DNA of 63,783 bases, the filler included, from Reticulomyxa filosa (lineage: Eukaryota > Protista > Foraminifera): NCBI GenBank assembly GCA_000512085.1. It is 17 parts of 17 records of this genome, joined end to end, with 100 filler letters (N's around TTAATTAATTAA, not from the genome) between each part and the next. Parts side by side here need not be neighbours in the genome. Positions count along the whole stretch, not along the records: positions 25,309 to 29,789 come from ASPP01046912.1; positions 29,890 to 36,680 come from ASPP01006052.1; positions 36,781 to 38,714 come from ASPP01029256.1; positions 38,815 to 42,030 come from ASPP01008000.1; positions 42,131 to 43,130 come from ASPP01045236.1; 12 more parts are not named here. One strand, written 5' to 3'. The position numbers and the translations under genes were made by a program. Within the stretch, counting starts at the first letter, position 1. The number at the start of each line of letters is the position of its first letter. A model generated the notes under the pieces. That model was not told the origin of the DNA and made no database searches. It saw only the letters and a list, made by a program, of their open reading frames with translations. This document shows, piece by piece, positions 28,040-42,240 of this stretch.

Positions 28040-28170
28040 TTTTCATTTGATCTAGAAATAATTTGTTATCCATATTCGTACTGTTTTATCAGGTGATGAT
28101 GAAACAATGTTACACTGATTGTCCAATTGTCATGTTCTTTTAATACTTTTGATAACTGAAAATATTTTAT
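28040..28170 (-). pseudogene. Degenerate WD40 fragment
   Basis: NIVSSSPDKTVRIW remnant resembling the start of the WD exon at ~27490-27610. Confidence 0.5.
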
Positions 28171-28439
28171 CTTTTTTTTAATATCAATTCATAACATCAT
28201 AACATTATTAATTTATTGTTTATGTTCAGAAAAGGCCGAATAAAAGTTTAGCGGACGTAATATTGTAGTTCTGTTTGTAACAAGTAATTGGAAAAGTCTC
28301 ATCAAAATGACAATTGTTTTTTGAAACACTTTCTTCACTATACACAAAGATAGCAAATATCAGTTCAAAAGTAAACAACTTCTGGCAATGTAATGATTTC
28401 AATTAGTTCATTTCTTCAATAACAGTGAATATCTCAAAT

Positions 28440-28759
28440 TAAATTTATTTTAGCATTTGCTGCATTATCACCTTAAGCAATTCTCACAGAAGAACTGTTT
28501 TAAAAAACAACAACGCGTCATCTTGGTTCAAATACCGCGCTGCTTCATCAAATTTATCTTGTTCTAAACGAATTATAATCTTCCATTTCCTTAATTCATC
28601 TTCAATGCTCTCTTTCTTTGGAGATTCATAATGTACTCCTTTCTTTGCTTTTTTTGAATATTGACCTTTTCCACACAATATTTTGATTGGACCATTTTTG
28701 AATTTATGTTTTAATTCATCTCGTCGCAAAATCGAGCGCGAATTGTGTTTTTTTCCCAA
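28440..28759 (-). pseudogene. C-terminal fragment of a PPR-associated (Smr-like) family gene
   Basis: IKILCGKGQYSK...KKESIEDEL resembles the Smr I.TGxG.HS pattern. The DNA matches 25700-25860 (gttctaaacgaattataatcttcc). No upstream PPR ORF. Confidence 0.55.
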
Positions 28760-29049
28760 GAAAATAATTTACTTAATGTTTACTTGTTATTGAATGTAAT
28801 TTTCAATACTTTATTTTTTAGAATTGTTTGCTTCAGCGTTCAAAGGGAGGGGAAAAATAGTGATTTTTGTTGATCAATCCCAAATAATACATTAAACTTT
28901 ATTTTCATCACATTTTTTTTGGAAAAGCATATATATATATATAAATAACATAATCAATTACTTGGCGTTTGACTCGAAGCGAGCCACGATATAACTAGCT
29001 TTTGGTCTTGCCTTCCGTTCTCTTCCTGTGCAAAAAAAAAAAAGAAGCA

Positions 29050-29677
<628 letters not shown>

Positions 29678-29889
29678 TAGTACTTTTTTTTAAAAAAAAA
29701 AAAGAAAAGGGGAGGCAAGAGAGGGGAGGGCGGGGAAGGAGGGGGAAAAAAAAAAGTACATTTACATATTACATTATATACAATATATANNNNNNNNNNN
29801 NNNNNNNNNNNNNNNNNNNNNNNNNNNNNNNNNTTAATTAATTAANNNNNNNNNNNNNNNNNNNNNNNNNNNNNNNNNNNNNNNNNNNN

Positions 29890-29927
<38 letters not shown>

Positions 29928-29959
29928 AGAGGAAAGGGTGTGTACATATACTAAAAAAA

Positions 29960-30532
29960 AAAAAAAGATACGTTATCAAAGAACAAGCCACAAAGATCGA
30001 TAGCAAAATATAGACTGAACTCGCGATGCTCACATTACAATTGTCGCAAGCTGATTCAAAGAATATGACATAACCATCTCTGGAATATATCATGTACCCT
30101 TTTGTTATTTTTTTTTTTAGTGTGCTTTTTTTTTTTTCTTCCCTCCCTTCTCCTTTGCTAAAAGGTTACGACCCTTTCACAAGAAAAAATTGAACCAAAA
30201 TAACCAATACCTGGATGGCCCAAAAACGTTTGTAGTGTGCTCCATATCACCATTGTCGCTGATGAGTTAAATTGCACACGCACCTTGATTGTGTAGTCTT
30301 CTTTGCCTACTTGCAGATCGGTTGCTGTTCCCATTGATATCGCTGCCCCATGTCCTTTGAGCTCTACTGTTGTTGGCTTCAATTCCAAATATCCGCCGTT
30401 CACTGCTGTTATCTCGTGGCTGTAAAAGCTGTAGTCTTTGTAGTTTCCGTCGAAATTGAAACATGCATGCAAGCTATTGCTACTTCTTACACATACAAAC
30501 AGCCAAGAGAAAAGCAACACCACTCCTAACAT
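29960..30532 (-). CDS. Secreted LamG/concanavalin-like protein, 5' part
   Basis: Signal peptide MLGVVLLFSWLFVCVRS followed by a LamG-like start ACFNFDGNYKDYS...YTIKVRVQF. A further exon is likely at ~29970-30095. Confidence 0.5.
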
Positions 30533-32259
30533 TCTACTCGTTTTAATAAACGGGAAAAAATATAGATAAAAAAAGCTCGTAGGACGTTAAAAAAGTTGTT
30601 AAGTTAAAGTAGGTGTATCTGCACAAAGTCAATAGTAATTTCAAGTTACAAGTACTGGATGTTTTTGTCCACTAGAAAAGAGTTTTGGACGACGTTTTTT
30701 AGTCAACAAACATTTTTTTAGTTATCCAATACAATATTTGTTTAGTGTTATATCAAATGAAAAGCAATTCTGTTAATTAAAGAATATCCACATAAGCATA
30801 AACAACTTTAAATTAGTGCATCATTTTTATAATTTTTTATCGATTCAATCCAATTCAGCAATAAACTGTGAAACAGGTTGCCCACATTATCACAACATTA
30901 CATAGCACAAGTTTAAATAAAGTAAAACAAGTGGTGACATTTCAACTAACTTGATGTTGCAAAACCATTATCAGTATTACATATCTAAGCAATAGAAAAT
31001 TTAAAATAATTAGAAAAAATGAAAAAAAAAGACAATAACACTAAATGATTGACAAACGCAACTAAATTCACGTCATATGAATGTTCAACTGAAACAAATA
31101 TTGATTGCCGAAATAGAAAGAAGATGTATACATACCCAATTCAAAAAATAAAAACAATAATATCAAAACTCAAATAACAACAAGAACAACAATTAAAAGC
31201 ATATACAAAAATGAAGAAAATCAATCCTGTTTAACGTTAAAATTAGCAGGCCAAGTTTTTGGTCTTGCAGTAAAATCCAAAAGTGTTAATTTTTTTAATA
31301 AGCAAATAAAACCTTATAAAACGTTTAAAATAATGTGTTATTTCTCTCCAATTTTATTCCCCTATTAGTTGTTACTTCAAAGAAATCAAAATCTAACGTT
31401 TGTGCCCCAGTTTTTAGTCTGCAAAATTTTTTTGTAAAACTACTTGTGGGGTTGGGTATACTTTACAATGAGCTTTTTTAATGAAATCAATGACAATTCT
31501 AAAATTGTCTTGTTCGACTGAGAAATTCATATTTTTCAAGTAATATTTCTCCTTTTAGTTTTCGCAACTACCAAAAACGTAAGTGTAAGTGCGTAGGAAA
31601 GGCTTTTTTTGTACGCCCACGCAGACAAGTTGTAGGAGTTTCCTTTGCCTACATCACATCACAAGTGTGCGTAAAAAAAAAACAAACAAGCAGAAAAATT
31701 CTGTTGTCGTTTTGTTTTTGGTATTTTGCAATGGAACACTAGTTGGTTGAACTGGATTTTCAACTAGTTTGTGAGATACGTACATTATTTTATACGAGAA
31801 AAGATAAATAAATAAAGCTTTCTCCACATAACTAAAGATTGTGTGTTGTTTGTCCAGGTAGCTAAATAATCGATGGAAATTAAATGCTGAATTGAATTGT
31901 GGATAACTTTCAAACAAACCTTTTTGCAAATGCGAAAGTTAGTCTACGTATACACAAACCTCGCAAAAACGGCCTATAAAAAGTGCAAGAAAAAAGCGGG
32001 TGTCTTCCAGCTTGGTGATTTTTCTGGCTTTGTATCAAAGCCTGTTAATGGAGATAGTTTTTTGTAATATCCAAAATAAAGTTTTTTGTTAAATTCAAAT
32101 CTTTATCAAATTGAATAAATATTACACATAACCAAGCATGATAAACAAAAATTGTCCAGTAAATCTGATATCTTTCTACTACTATTTCAAAAATTGATTA
32201 AATAAATTGTGTACGGTCCCCTGTTGAACTTTAAACAAATTCAATACCTTCACGCAAAA

Positions 32260-35200
32260 ATGAATCAGACAGAAAATGTTGATAGTCCAAATAAAAATGA
32301 CAAAGCCCAGAATGAACCACAAAAGTCAACAAATAGTCCTTTGATCAGTAGCTTTGAAAACCGCACAAACGAATTGAAAAAGATTGACCTATTGATAAGA
32401 ATGGACTCGGGAACAATCGCGAACATAGTCTCAAAAAAACAGTGGTTTTTGCTACAAGGAAAAAAAATTGATGAAGTACATGCAAAAATTGGTTTAGTTG
32501 AGCATGATACTTATCAACTCAAAATAGTAACAACATTGACAGAAGTGATAGGACCATTAGAAGTTTTTGCGTTCCTGTTTTGTTCTTTTTGTTCTCGTGG
32601 CGTTCCTCCTTTTTTCTTTTGCTCCCTTGGAGTATTGATGCTTTAACAACAAACGATGTAATAATAATCAGAGGTCCGAACTAAATCAAAGGCAATATTT
32701 GCAAGGCTTGGACATTGAGAGTACAGAAGACGTGGCAGGATATCTGGGCCGTTATCAGCAATTTTATTTGTGGCATTTGGAAGTATACGGCGTGATATCT
32801 CCACATGTTTTGGTGAATGCTGACAAAAATGCTTGGGGTAGCAGCTCCATTGCAAGTTCGAAAAATCGACTGTTTATTACTCACATCTCTCCAAAGAAGA
32901 GTTCAATTTACTTGACGTTAAGAAGAGAAAGAAATGGGACAGAGAGAGAGAAAAAAAAAAAAATGACAAAAATATATGTTGTGTATAAAATTGATGTGGG
33001 GCAACAATTTCGAAAAAAACATCACATGAAAATGTAATACGATTGTGATAGATACGGCCAGCTGACACTGATAGAAAATCGAAATGGTATTCCAAAGTCA
33101 TTCAAGCTGAACTGCTCACCTTTTATCATTGGACGTGATAGATTCGAGAGCAATGCGGTGTGGAAACACAGTGGGGAACTTGGCATTTCCAGAAAACATT
33201 GCACCGTCATTCATGATTTTGGCAATAATACCACAGCCATCCAGGTTGCCAACCAATCACTGAACTTTACTCAAAAGAATAACAACATATATAAATGCAT
33301 ATATACACATACCGATCTTGAAATAATAATTGTATTTTGATCTCAGAGGAATTCGCAAACGAACGATTTGGGTATTAATGACTCCAAGACTTTGGACGTG
33401 AATGAAACGTGCCCAATAGCTAACGGTGATGTGATCGAACTCATTAGCGGCGTCAAATACAAATTTTCCTTGTCCCAAAAGTGGAAGTGGAAGCAACAGC
33501 TGCCCAAATGGCTCAAGCCTCTCGGACACACGAGCGTGTTGGCATCGACGCCACCTCCCACTTTTGCTCCTCCCATTTCCAATCCGCACCATGCGCGGAC
33601 AAGAATGAATCACTCCAAAATGTTTCGCTTTGTGGACTCTCGTGGACGCGAGCAAGAAATACCCATTAACGACACCACAGGAGGGCACCGATCTCCTCCG
33701 GTTCATACCGATTGGAGAATTCAAAAACAAGTAAGTATAGACTACTTTCTAGCACTCTATTGTGTGGCACATATGTTATATATATGTGTATGTAATTGTA
33801 TGTATTATGTGTATAATCCAAAAAAAAAAAAAAAAAAAAAAAAAAGACGAAGAAAAGTTGCTCATCGAAGACTCACCGGAGTGGCCATGGACCTGTCACA
33901 GGACATGAGAAATGATCCAACATTTGACACAGTTGACATGACATATCAATCGAATCGGACAAATGGAAGGCATGCAATGGATCAAATGTATGGAAATGGT
34001 CACAATGCTTTTCCAGCCAAACGAAACATTCGGCAAATGCAAGATGAGGAAATTGATATGGATGATGAAGTCGATTTTATTGTAAACGAATCTACACGGG
34101 TCGTCCCTCCTCGCAAACGAAGAAAGTACCAACAAAACGATAGCTGGGAACAATCGGTTGACTTGTCCAAGGTCGATGAAATTCCTTGGCTAATGAATCG
34201 CAACTTGGTGTTTGCACGATATGCACTCAACATTGCCGAATCGTTCCCTCTGGGCTGGTCATTGCCAACGAAAAAAATGAAAGATGAACAGCTCTTGCAT
34301 GTGGGTGCCATCTATATTATGATTATTTGCTTGTGAAAATGAATGTTGCCAAAGATGTACAAAATATTGACTTTGGACTTGTATTTGTTTGTTTATTATT
34401 TGTTGGACTTTGGATCGGGGAAAAATAGATTCGTAAAAAAACGTTATCGGCGAGTCTTGTCTTTCATAAACAAGTCGGTTCTTTGCTGACTAGACATGCC
34501 CACATTCAATCCTTGTTGGAAAGTATTGTCATCATTTCTGGTGGTCGATGCTGCTTGGATATTGGATATTTGCCATTACCAAGCAGTCATCGCGCAGACA
34601 TATTCCCAGGCATGATTTGCACAGAAATTCGAATCGGTAATATGGGCAGTGGTTTCACTATTGCTCTCGTCATGCTATGTGACCGCGATTTGTCATTGTT
34701 CAATGGCAGTGCTTTAGCAACTTTGCTTGTGAAATTAGAGCAATTAGATTTAGAGTTGTACAACAACTGTATTGATTTACCATTTTTGTACGGGATCATT
34801 ACTGATGGACATGGTCGTTGGGGATTTGTACAACGGAATAATCGTAGGCGTTCCCTTGCTCAAGACGTTTTAACTGATCCTTTACTGACACAAAAGTATT
34901 TTTTTGTTTGTTTGTCTTTTGAGAAATATCAAGGAATTCACAAAAAAAATGTTTTTTCATTTGGCCAAATATTTTGTTTGTTTTTTTTCTTTTTTGAATA
35001 GCAAACAATTCAGTTTAGAGGAATTAAAAAGATATTACTCTGGTGTTAATAACTCTTATGAAGAAGCTAAATCATCAGCGAATGCAGAAAAATTTGAGCA
35101 GGTTTGTGCCTCTCTTGCACAAGAAAGATGGCAATTGTTTCGCTCTGGCTTGATTGGCAATTGGAATCCCGATGACAGTAATGAGAAACTGTATTCCGGG

Positions 35201-35500
35201 TGCGTCATGAATTTTTCTAGAAAATCGACTTCTGATTTACACCAGCTCTGTGAGTCTCTGTATGCAATTGTAACGAACCAGGTAACTTTTCTTTTGCCTT
35301 TTTTCACTCTTCCAGGAAATAATGTTGAATGTGTGTGTAAAAAAAATAATAATGATTTGATATGCACATAGTGCGAATCTTTTCGAACAGCATTCTTGGC
35401 TGCTTTGCAAACGAATCCTGCTCTGAACAGACCAGCAATGAATCCGTATCATGAGGTAAATGTGAAAAACAGAAACAAGGCAATAAGTGAATATATGAAA
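32260..35500 (+). CDS. FHA-domain protein (multi-exon)
   Basis: Spliced YGQLTLI...SPFIIGRD...GISRKHCTVI...IQ|RNSQTNDLGIND...IANGDVIEL has the FHA GR, SRxH and N motifs; intron 33245-33346. Later exons lie in ORFs 33368-34336, 34483-35001 and 34904-35371. Boundaries are approximate. Confidence 0.65.
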
Positions 35501-35825
35501 GTAATAAACGATGATAAGACAATCGCTAATCTTCAAGATTCTCTCACGCAGGATGCGTGGTAACACCCATGTCAAGAACAAAACAAAAACAAATCCGTTC
35601 TCGTCACATTTTGTGATTGTGAGGTTTTAAGGGAGTAAAATGAAAAATTTTAACAAACTGATGTAAAGAGGTCTTGCATCACGTTCAAAACAAAGTAAAA
35701 CAAGAAGGGTTTTGATTGCACAATGAAACAATCCCAAATAAAGAGCAGCAATTTTGCCAAATTTCAAGTCTTTACATTTAAAATGAACATATTTTTGTAG
35801 TCATGCAAAAAGTTTGAAATTGTAT

Positions 35826-36562
35826 TTAACTAGAAAAAGGAGTACTATTGTCATAAATATTAAAGAATTGGTAAGGACCAAAAAAACCATTCCAATAGTA
35901 ATGAGCCATCCAACATGCACATTCTTCTGTTATATTGTGTGGACAAGCATTTTCTCCAATTTCATCATTGGAATAAAACCCCAATATGTATTGTTTTAAT
36001 GCTACGCTCATATTGTGCACTATTTCAGGATATAAGCTGCTAATGTCGTTGTGTTCCGTCATATCATTGACAACATCAAATAGGCATCCCTTGGTGCAAT
36101 TTAGCATGACTGTCTCCACTTGCGAAGTTGGTGAGCTATGCATGATAGAATTCGATTCCCAAGTCACAACACACACAAAAATTGTTTGGAGGAAATGTGA
36201 AATATAGGTAAATCTGGACAGAACCTGGCATTTGGCCACACGGGACCACTCCATCCAGCATAGTCAATGTTATTACCAATGATAAGTTTGTACTGACCAC
36301 TGATCAAAGCCTGTTCTGTGACAGGAATATCAACTCTTGGAGACGTTTCATTTATGCCACTGACCAAAGGCCACACATTTAACCCATCGACCGGTGGTAA
36401 TCCCCACTCGGCGGCTTTGTAATCAAGCGGATCCACCCCAATCATTTCGCTAAACGTGGTGTACCAGTCCGCAATATGAATGATCCCATTTTCTTTTTTG
36501 CCCCTTCGTTGTTGCGGTAGGTAGCCACCACTAACAAATGCAGCTGCGCGCATACCTCCCTT
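35826..36562 (-). CDS. Arylsulfatase B-like sulfatase, 3' part
   Basis: GGMRAAAFVSGG...IIHIADWYTT...VDGLNVWPLVSG...YKLIIG...CLFDVVNDMTEHNDIS. Intron ~36136-36223 joins PNAS|SPTS. Confidence 0.88.
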
Positions 36563-36780
36563 TGCGCCGGTGCAAGGACAGAGTATTTTTCAAAAACAAA
36601 CAAACAAAAATAAACAAATAAAAAAAATAATAATAATAAAAAAAAGAAGTAAGTAAGTAATTGAACACAAAACTTCAAACNNNNNNNNNNNNNNNNNNNN
36701 NNNNNNNNNNNNNNNNNNNNNNNNTTAATTAATTAANNNNNNNNNNNNNNNNNNNNNNNNNNNNNNNNNNNNNNNNNNNN

Positions 36781-38680
36781 TTCTTTCTTCATTATTTGCA
36801 TCACCATTGTCATTATCATTGCCAATGAAATTATCGTCATCATCCTTGTTATCATCCACCATACTATACAATCGTCACTGTCGTCGTTGCTCTTGTAAGA
36901 GAACTTTTTGATAATGTCATGAGGGGAACAATGAGACCTTCACCACACGTTTATTCATGTACAGCAGCTATTCACGTTCGATTGACGACAAAGTGCATGG
37001 ACATGGAGTCGTTAAACATGTCTTTATTGGAACTCGTGCAACTTTTTGTATCTCGTTGTTGTCATCATTCAATTCCAAATACAGCGTCGGATAGGGCCTT
37101 GTTGAAAACGATGAATTTACATTTGCTGCTGATGTGGCTCCATTGATATTCTGCAACTTCACATCAGAAATACGCAAATGATCAACGTAAAAAGGACTTG
37201 AATCATTGTGTTGATGAACACATTGATAATTGTGATTCCAAAGTTGTGCTATCTTCTTCCATTGTCCTGCAAATCATGTAAATATCTTGCTTGATGTGGT
37301 GAAACTTTTCCATCTTTTTTTTTTTACAATATGCTTTTCGATCCAAATAACAGAATCTAATTGCTTACTCGGCAATTGGTTTGTTCTTTCGTGTTTTTTT
37401 TTTTGGCCTACTTATCATCATTTGCTGCTGTTGCTTTTGCTTTTGCTATTGTCGTCATCGTAGTAGTAGCTTGCATTGCAATCACGTGGATTTCGATTGC
37501 GACCTCGAGTGGAATACTCGTCCCAATTAAGGCACTGGTATTCCTATCTGCTTTCCAATTATCAACGTTCGCTGCTTCGGTACATGTTACTTCTTCGCTT
37601 TTGATCCTTTGTGCTATCTCTTTGGCAATTGTGTTTTCTCATATGTCTATGTTATTATCATTATTATTATTAGTTATTATTTCAATTTGCAAAAAAAGTT
37701 CGTGTGTTGGATTGTTATTCAACGTGTGGAAATTCGAACCTTTTTGGTAATCATTTCCTCATCGAGAGAACGAAGAATACGTATCGACGTTTCTTTGCTT
37801 GAAAAATCTCGGATAATAAGACTTGTTTTCATTTGCACCACCTTCTTTTTGTTCTTGTTTTCATTGACAATATCATTTCTCATTGCGTTGTTATTGTCAT
37901 ATCTCCATCATCTGCGACTTTGGTCTTGTTTTCAATTTTTGTTTTGATCTTGATCTTGGTTCCTACGATTGTAATGTTCACGAGATCTATCTTCGACATC
38001 ATAAAGTGGTGGTACATGATCATTTGCCATGCTTTGACTCCTAACTTGCGATTCTATTGGAAGCACTGCCACAACTCCAGACGACTTAACATTCACATGT
38101 GGAGGAGATATGCAACACTTCGATAATATCATTCGATTCTGCTAATATCAAAAGTTATTGACATCTCCGACATTGTTGTATCTGTCATCACTTTGGTACA
38201 ATCCTTCAACACATTGGTCTTTTACTTTTTTTTTTCATTCTTATTCTTATTCTCCTTTTTTCAACTTATCCTTCACTTCTTGCTGGCTTCATCAACTCTA
38301 CTTTTTTTGCTGGATTGTCTGTTCTTCCAATAGCGACCGCATCCGTCCAATTGTTCAATTAAATAATGTTTCCCAACTTGGTTTTGCTGTTGCTTTTACT
38401 TTTGCTTTGATAAACGAAAACGAATGAATACCGTCTTTCTTCTATTGTTTCTGTTGCTGATCATTGGTTTTTTTTCTTTTTGATTCAGCCCATTACACTT
38501 GTCATTTGGATGCGACTGCGAATGAGAATGCGAAGAGATACCTGCACCAGCGGACGAAATACGTTCAAATTCAAATAAAGTAGCGCTTGTAAACGATTTG
38601 TCAAAATAGCTACGACAATTTGCAGACACATATCGCCTTTCTCGCTGGATTTGTTCCTCCAAACGTACAATCATGTCCAC
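36781..38680 (-). CDS. Low-complexity hydrophilic protein, internal fragment
   Basis: Minus-strand coding-like composition (N/D/K/Q-rich); ORFs 38396-38680, 37932-38132 and 36968-37177. No domain recognised. Confidence 0.4.
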
Positions 38681-39285
38681 TTCTATAATACATATATGTA
38701 TATATGTTACGTGANNNNNNNNNNNNNNNNNNNNNNNNNNNNNNNNNNNNNNNNNNNNTTAATTAATTAANNNNNNNNNNNNNNNNNNNNNNNNNNNNNN
38801 NNNNNNNNNNNNNNCCATTTAGGTATGGCAGTTTTTTTTGCAATCTACTGTATTATTGTATAAGTGCCTTTTAGCGTTTCGTCAGATAATATTTCTTTAT
38901 AAATTGTGCAATTAACGCATCAGTCAATTTTAATCAAAAAATATGACTTTTTTACAGTCCAATTTTGTGTTAATCAATAAATTAAATAGTTAATTTTAGC
39001 TTTATCTTTTTGTAATTTTATATGACATTTCAACTTCAAAATACTAGTTACTGTCAAATAAGAAACTTTAAGTCTTTCGATGTCATAACAACTTTACGTT
39101 GAATCTTATCACATATATCACAAAATTCAAATAAAAAAAAATAATCTTATAAAGTATCATTTTATGACTCATATATTTTTTGCAAACTACTGTATTAAAA
39201 AGTGATAAATGTACGTGTATAATACTGTTACTTTGTAATCGACTTGTATATTTTTTTAAAAAAAGTATTGACATTACAAAATATG

Positions 39286-40590
39286 TTAAAATTTTTCCAG
39301 TCTTTTTTTCGCTATCAATGTTTTGCTATTCCATTCTCCCGAGACTATACTATATGTTTTCCATGCTTCTTTAAAATATTTACATGCAATGTTATTGTTT
39401 TTTATTTTTTCAAACATGCGTCCCAAATTCCAAAGAGACTTGGCAATATCCTTATTTACATTTTCAAATATGGCATTTCTTATTTGCAAAGAATGTTCAC
39501 AGCTTTCAATTGCTTTGTCATAAAGTCCTTTCTTATCATAAGCATATCCTAAATTTTCGTATATTTGTGCAGTAATGTTACAATTATTTCCAAAAATATT
39601 TAAAATAATTTGTAAAGCATGTTCATAAAATTCAATTGCTTTATCATATTCTCTTTTGTTATAGTTATAGATATTTCCAATAAGATTGTAAGCAATTGCA
39701 ACATAATGATGATAAACACCAAACATGTCAATAGCAGTTTGAGAATACGTTTGTAAATGACTGATGCCATTATCGAATAATTTCAGTTTAATGGATCTTT
39801 CTCCTTCATTTTCAATGGTTTGAAATTGTAATGGAATATCGTGATGTATTTTTGTATTCCAAAAATTGGGGAAATAAAGTGTTTTAATTGTTCATTAATA
39901 ATGGCATTCTTTGTAGCAAATAATTGTGTCGTAATATTTACACTTCCTTCACATCTAAGTTCACAATCGACAGCATATACATTGCCATCGATATGTACTT
40001 GTTTTAATACAATAACTCTTCTTTTAATCTCATACATATAGCATCCTTCAAAAGGTTTCGAATTACCCTTTGAATTTTTTACCAAATTAACAATCGGACC
40101 AAGACCGTCATTCTTATGTTTCCATTTTGCTGGATTGTATGCGACAATAATTAATCCTTCTTCCTTATTTTTTATCATCCGTTCGACCCTTTTTGCCGCT
40201 TCTGCATTGGCCTTTCTCCAATGTGCGCTCCAATGCTTTTTAAAATCCAAAGCTTCTGCAATTTCATTTTTCTTCATTTTTGATTTTTGGATATCTTCTA
40301 TTTGAAAGCAAACCTGATTTTAGATAAAGGAATATTTAACCATAGGATAATCACACTAAGAAACCTGATCCAAATTTAATACTCAAATGCACAGGATCCT
40401 TTTTAAATACTCTAATCACGCTTTCGTCAGTTTCAATGTAACTACCGTCACCGTCCATAATTATTATGCTTGCATGTGTTCGTTGGGTGATTTGAAGAAC
40501 TTGCTGTTTCAGATGTTCCATTGTCAAATCGAGTAACATTATTGTATGTATTTTTCCTTCATCATTCACATATGCTTTATATGAAGACAT
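39286..40590 (-). CDS. TPR-repeat protein with a PB1/ubiquitin-like N-terminus; one frame break at ~39862
   Basis: TPR helices VAIAYNLIGNIY...YDKAIEFYEHALQI and TAQIYENLGYAY...YDKAIESCEHSLQIR. Exon 1 in 40351-40590. ORFs 39783-40277 and 39286-39726 join after a -1 shift (ISPIFWNTKIHHDIP). Confidence 0.8.
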
Positions 40591-41162
40591 TACTGCAAAA
40601 TATGAATCAAGTGAGATTTAAAAAAAAAAGGTTTCTTTTGAAAGAGTTTCCAACTTTCAAAAGTAAAGAAACAGTTCGTGATAAAGTTATTTTGCAAAGA
40701 ATTGTAAGAATGGAATTATAATTGCTGTTGTCATTTATTCATTCGTTTGCAGGGTAACGTATTTAAGCAAAGATAGTTTTATTTGAAAATCAAATGATCG
40801 AATAAGTATCTAATGACGAGATAGATAATTTTTTAAATTAGTTTTAAAAATATGAATTTGAAAAAGTTTTTGAAGCGTAATTATTCAAAAAGAATGGGGG
40901 GGGGGGGAAAAAAAAGAGTAAATTTACATCACCGATGTTTGCCAAATAGAAATCGAGTGTTTATAGAAAAAAAAAAAAGACTACTGAAATAACAATAATA
41001 CAAATGTACATCTCTCTTTCTCGTTGCACTTCAAATCTTAAACACTAAGATACCTTTGTTGTTTTTTTTTGTTTTGTTTTTTTCTTTTCCTTCCTCTCTC
41101 CATCCCCTCCTCCACACGCACATACACACACATGCACAAAATCCTTACACCCAACACGTTTT

Positions 41163-41355
41163 TCACTGCGACGTGATATCTTCAGGTGCGGGCAAATCCG
41201 TATAGCCATTATTTGTTTCATGATCCCCCTCCATTTCCTCGGCCACAGCAGACTGAAAGAGTTTTTCACTATCGTCCCTTTCATCAAGGTGTCCCTCCTC
41301 CTCATTCTCTTTGTTCACCATCTTGCCCTTCTTATTATTGTTACGATTATGGTTA

Positions 41356-41405
<50 letters not shown>

Positions 41406-41940
41406 GTAATGACCTTCTCCATTTTGTATTGACAAATGACCATTTGGAGTCATGCCCAACACGAGGTCATCAGGAACAAAGGGCTGAGGGGGAAGGGGAG
41501 CATCGTCGAGAGGCTTCAAGGCTCCAGGCTGTTCATCTGTGCCATTTGGGACAGTGGTGACTCTGTGCAGATTAGGACTGTCATCATCTTGCTCTTTTTC
41601 ATTCGACGTGACATTCGTATGCAGATATTGCAGGACCTTGACCCCGGTTATGTTGTCCGTATTTCCGGAAGCAGTGCCGGTGATGCGGACTCTCATTTGA
41701 ATGGCGGAAGCACCGGTCACTGACCCTTCCCCTTTCAATCGCTCCACCTTTTTTCGGAAGTCGTCGCCAAAGATGAGCTTCGGATTTTCCACCAGTCGAT
41801 TCCGTATTTGTGGAAATGCCTCCATCACCAAAAACCACATCGAACCTGCTCCCCTTCTGAGTCGTTCAGTCCCTCTTCTTTTCTTATCTCCTCTTCCATC
41901 AACCTCGACCATTCTTGCACGTTCAGTTTTGCCAGCAAAT
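41163..41940 (-). CDS. Hypothetical protein, 3' exon, with a poly-Asn tract
   Basis: 275-aa ORF with an (AAT)n tract at 41341-41405. Confidence 0.5.
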
Positions 41941-42240
41941 GCACATCTTCGTCTGCACATATATACATATATATATATATGTACATACATATATATATAT
42001 ATATATAAGTTTAAAAAAAAAAAAAAAAAANNNNNNNNNNNNNNNNNNNNNNNNNNNNNNNNNNNNNNNNNNNNTTAATTAATTAANNNNNNNNNNNNNN
42101 NNNNNNNNNNNNNNNNNNNNNNNNNNNNNNTTTTTTTTTTTTTTTAAAAAAAGAATATTTAGATGTAACACACTCTCATCTCTCTTTCTCTTTTGCATTC
42201 TCAATCAAAAACAACATTATATGTTTGGTGTTGCAAAAAG

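Noticed and set aside
41341-41405. (AAT)n, (GAT)n and (GAA)n tracts (also 821-858, 1560-1590, 48375-48401, 63233-63270)
   Set aside because: Ordinary homopolymeric amino-acid repeats. No repeat-spacer structure, so not CRISPR or telomere.
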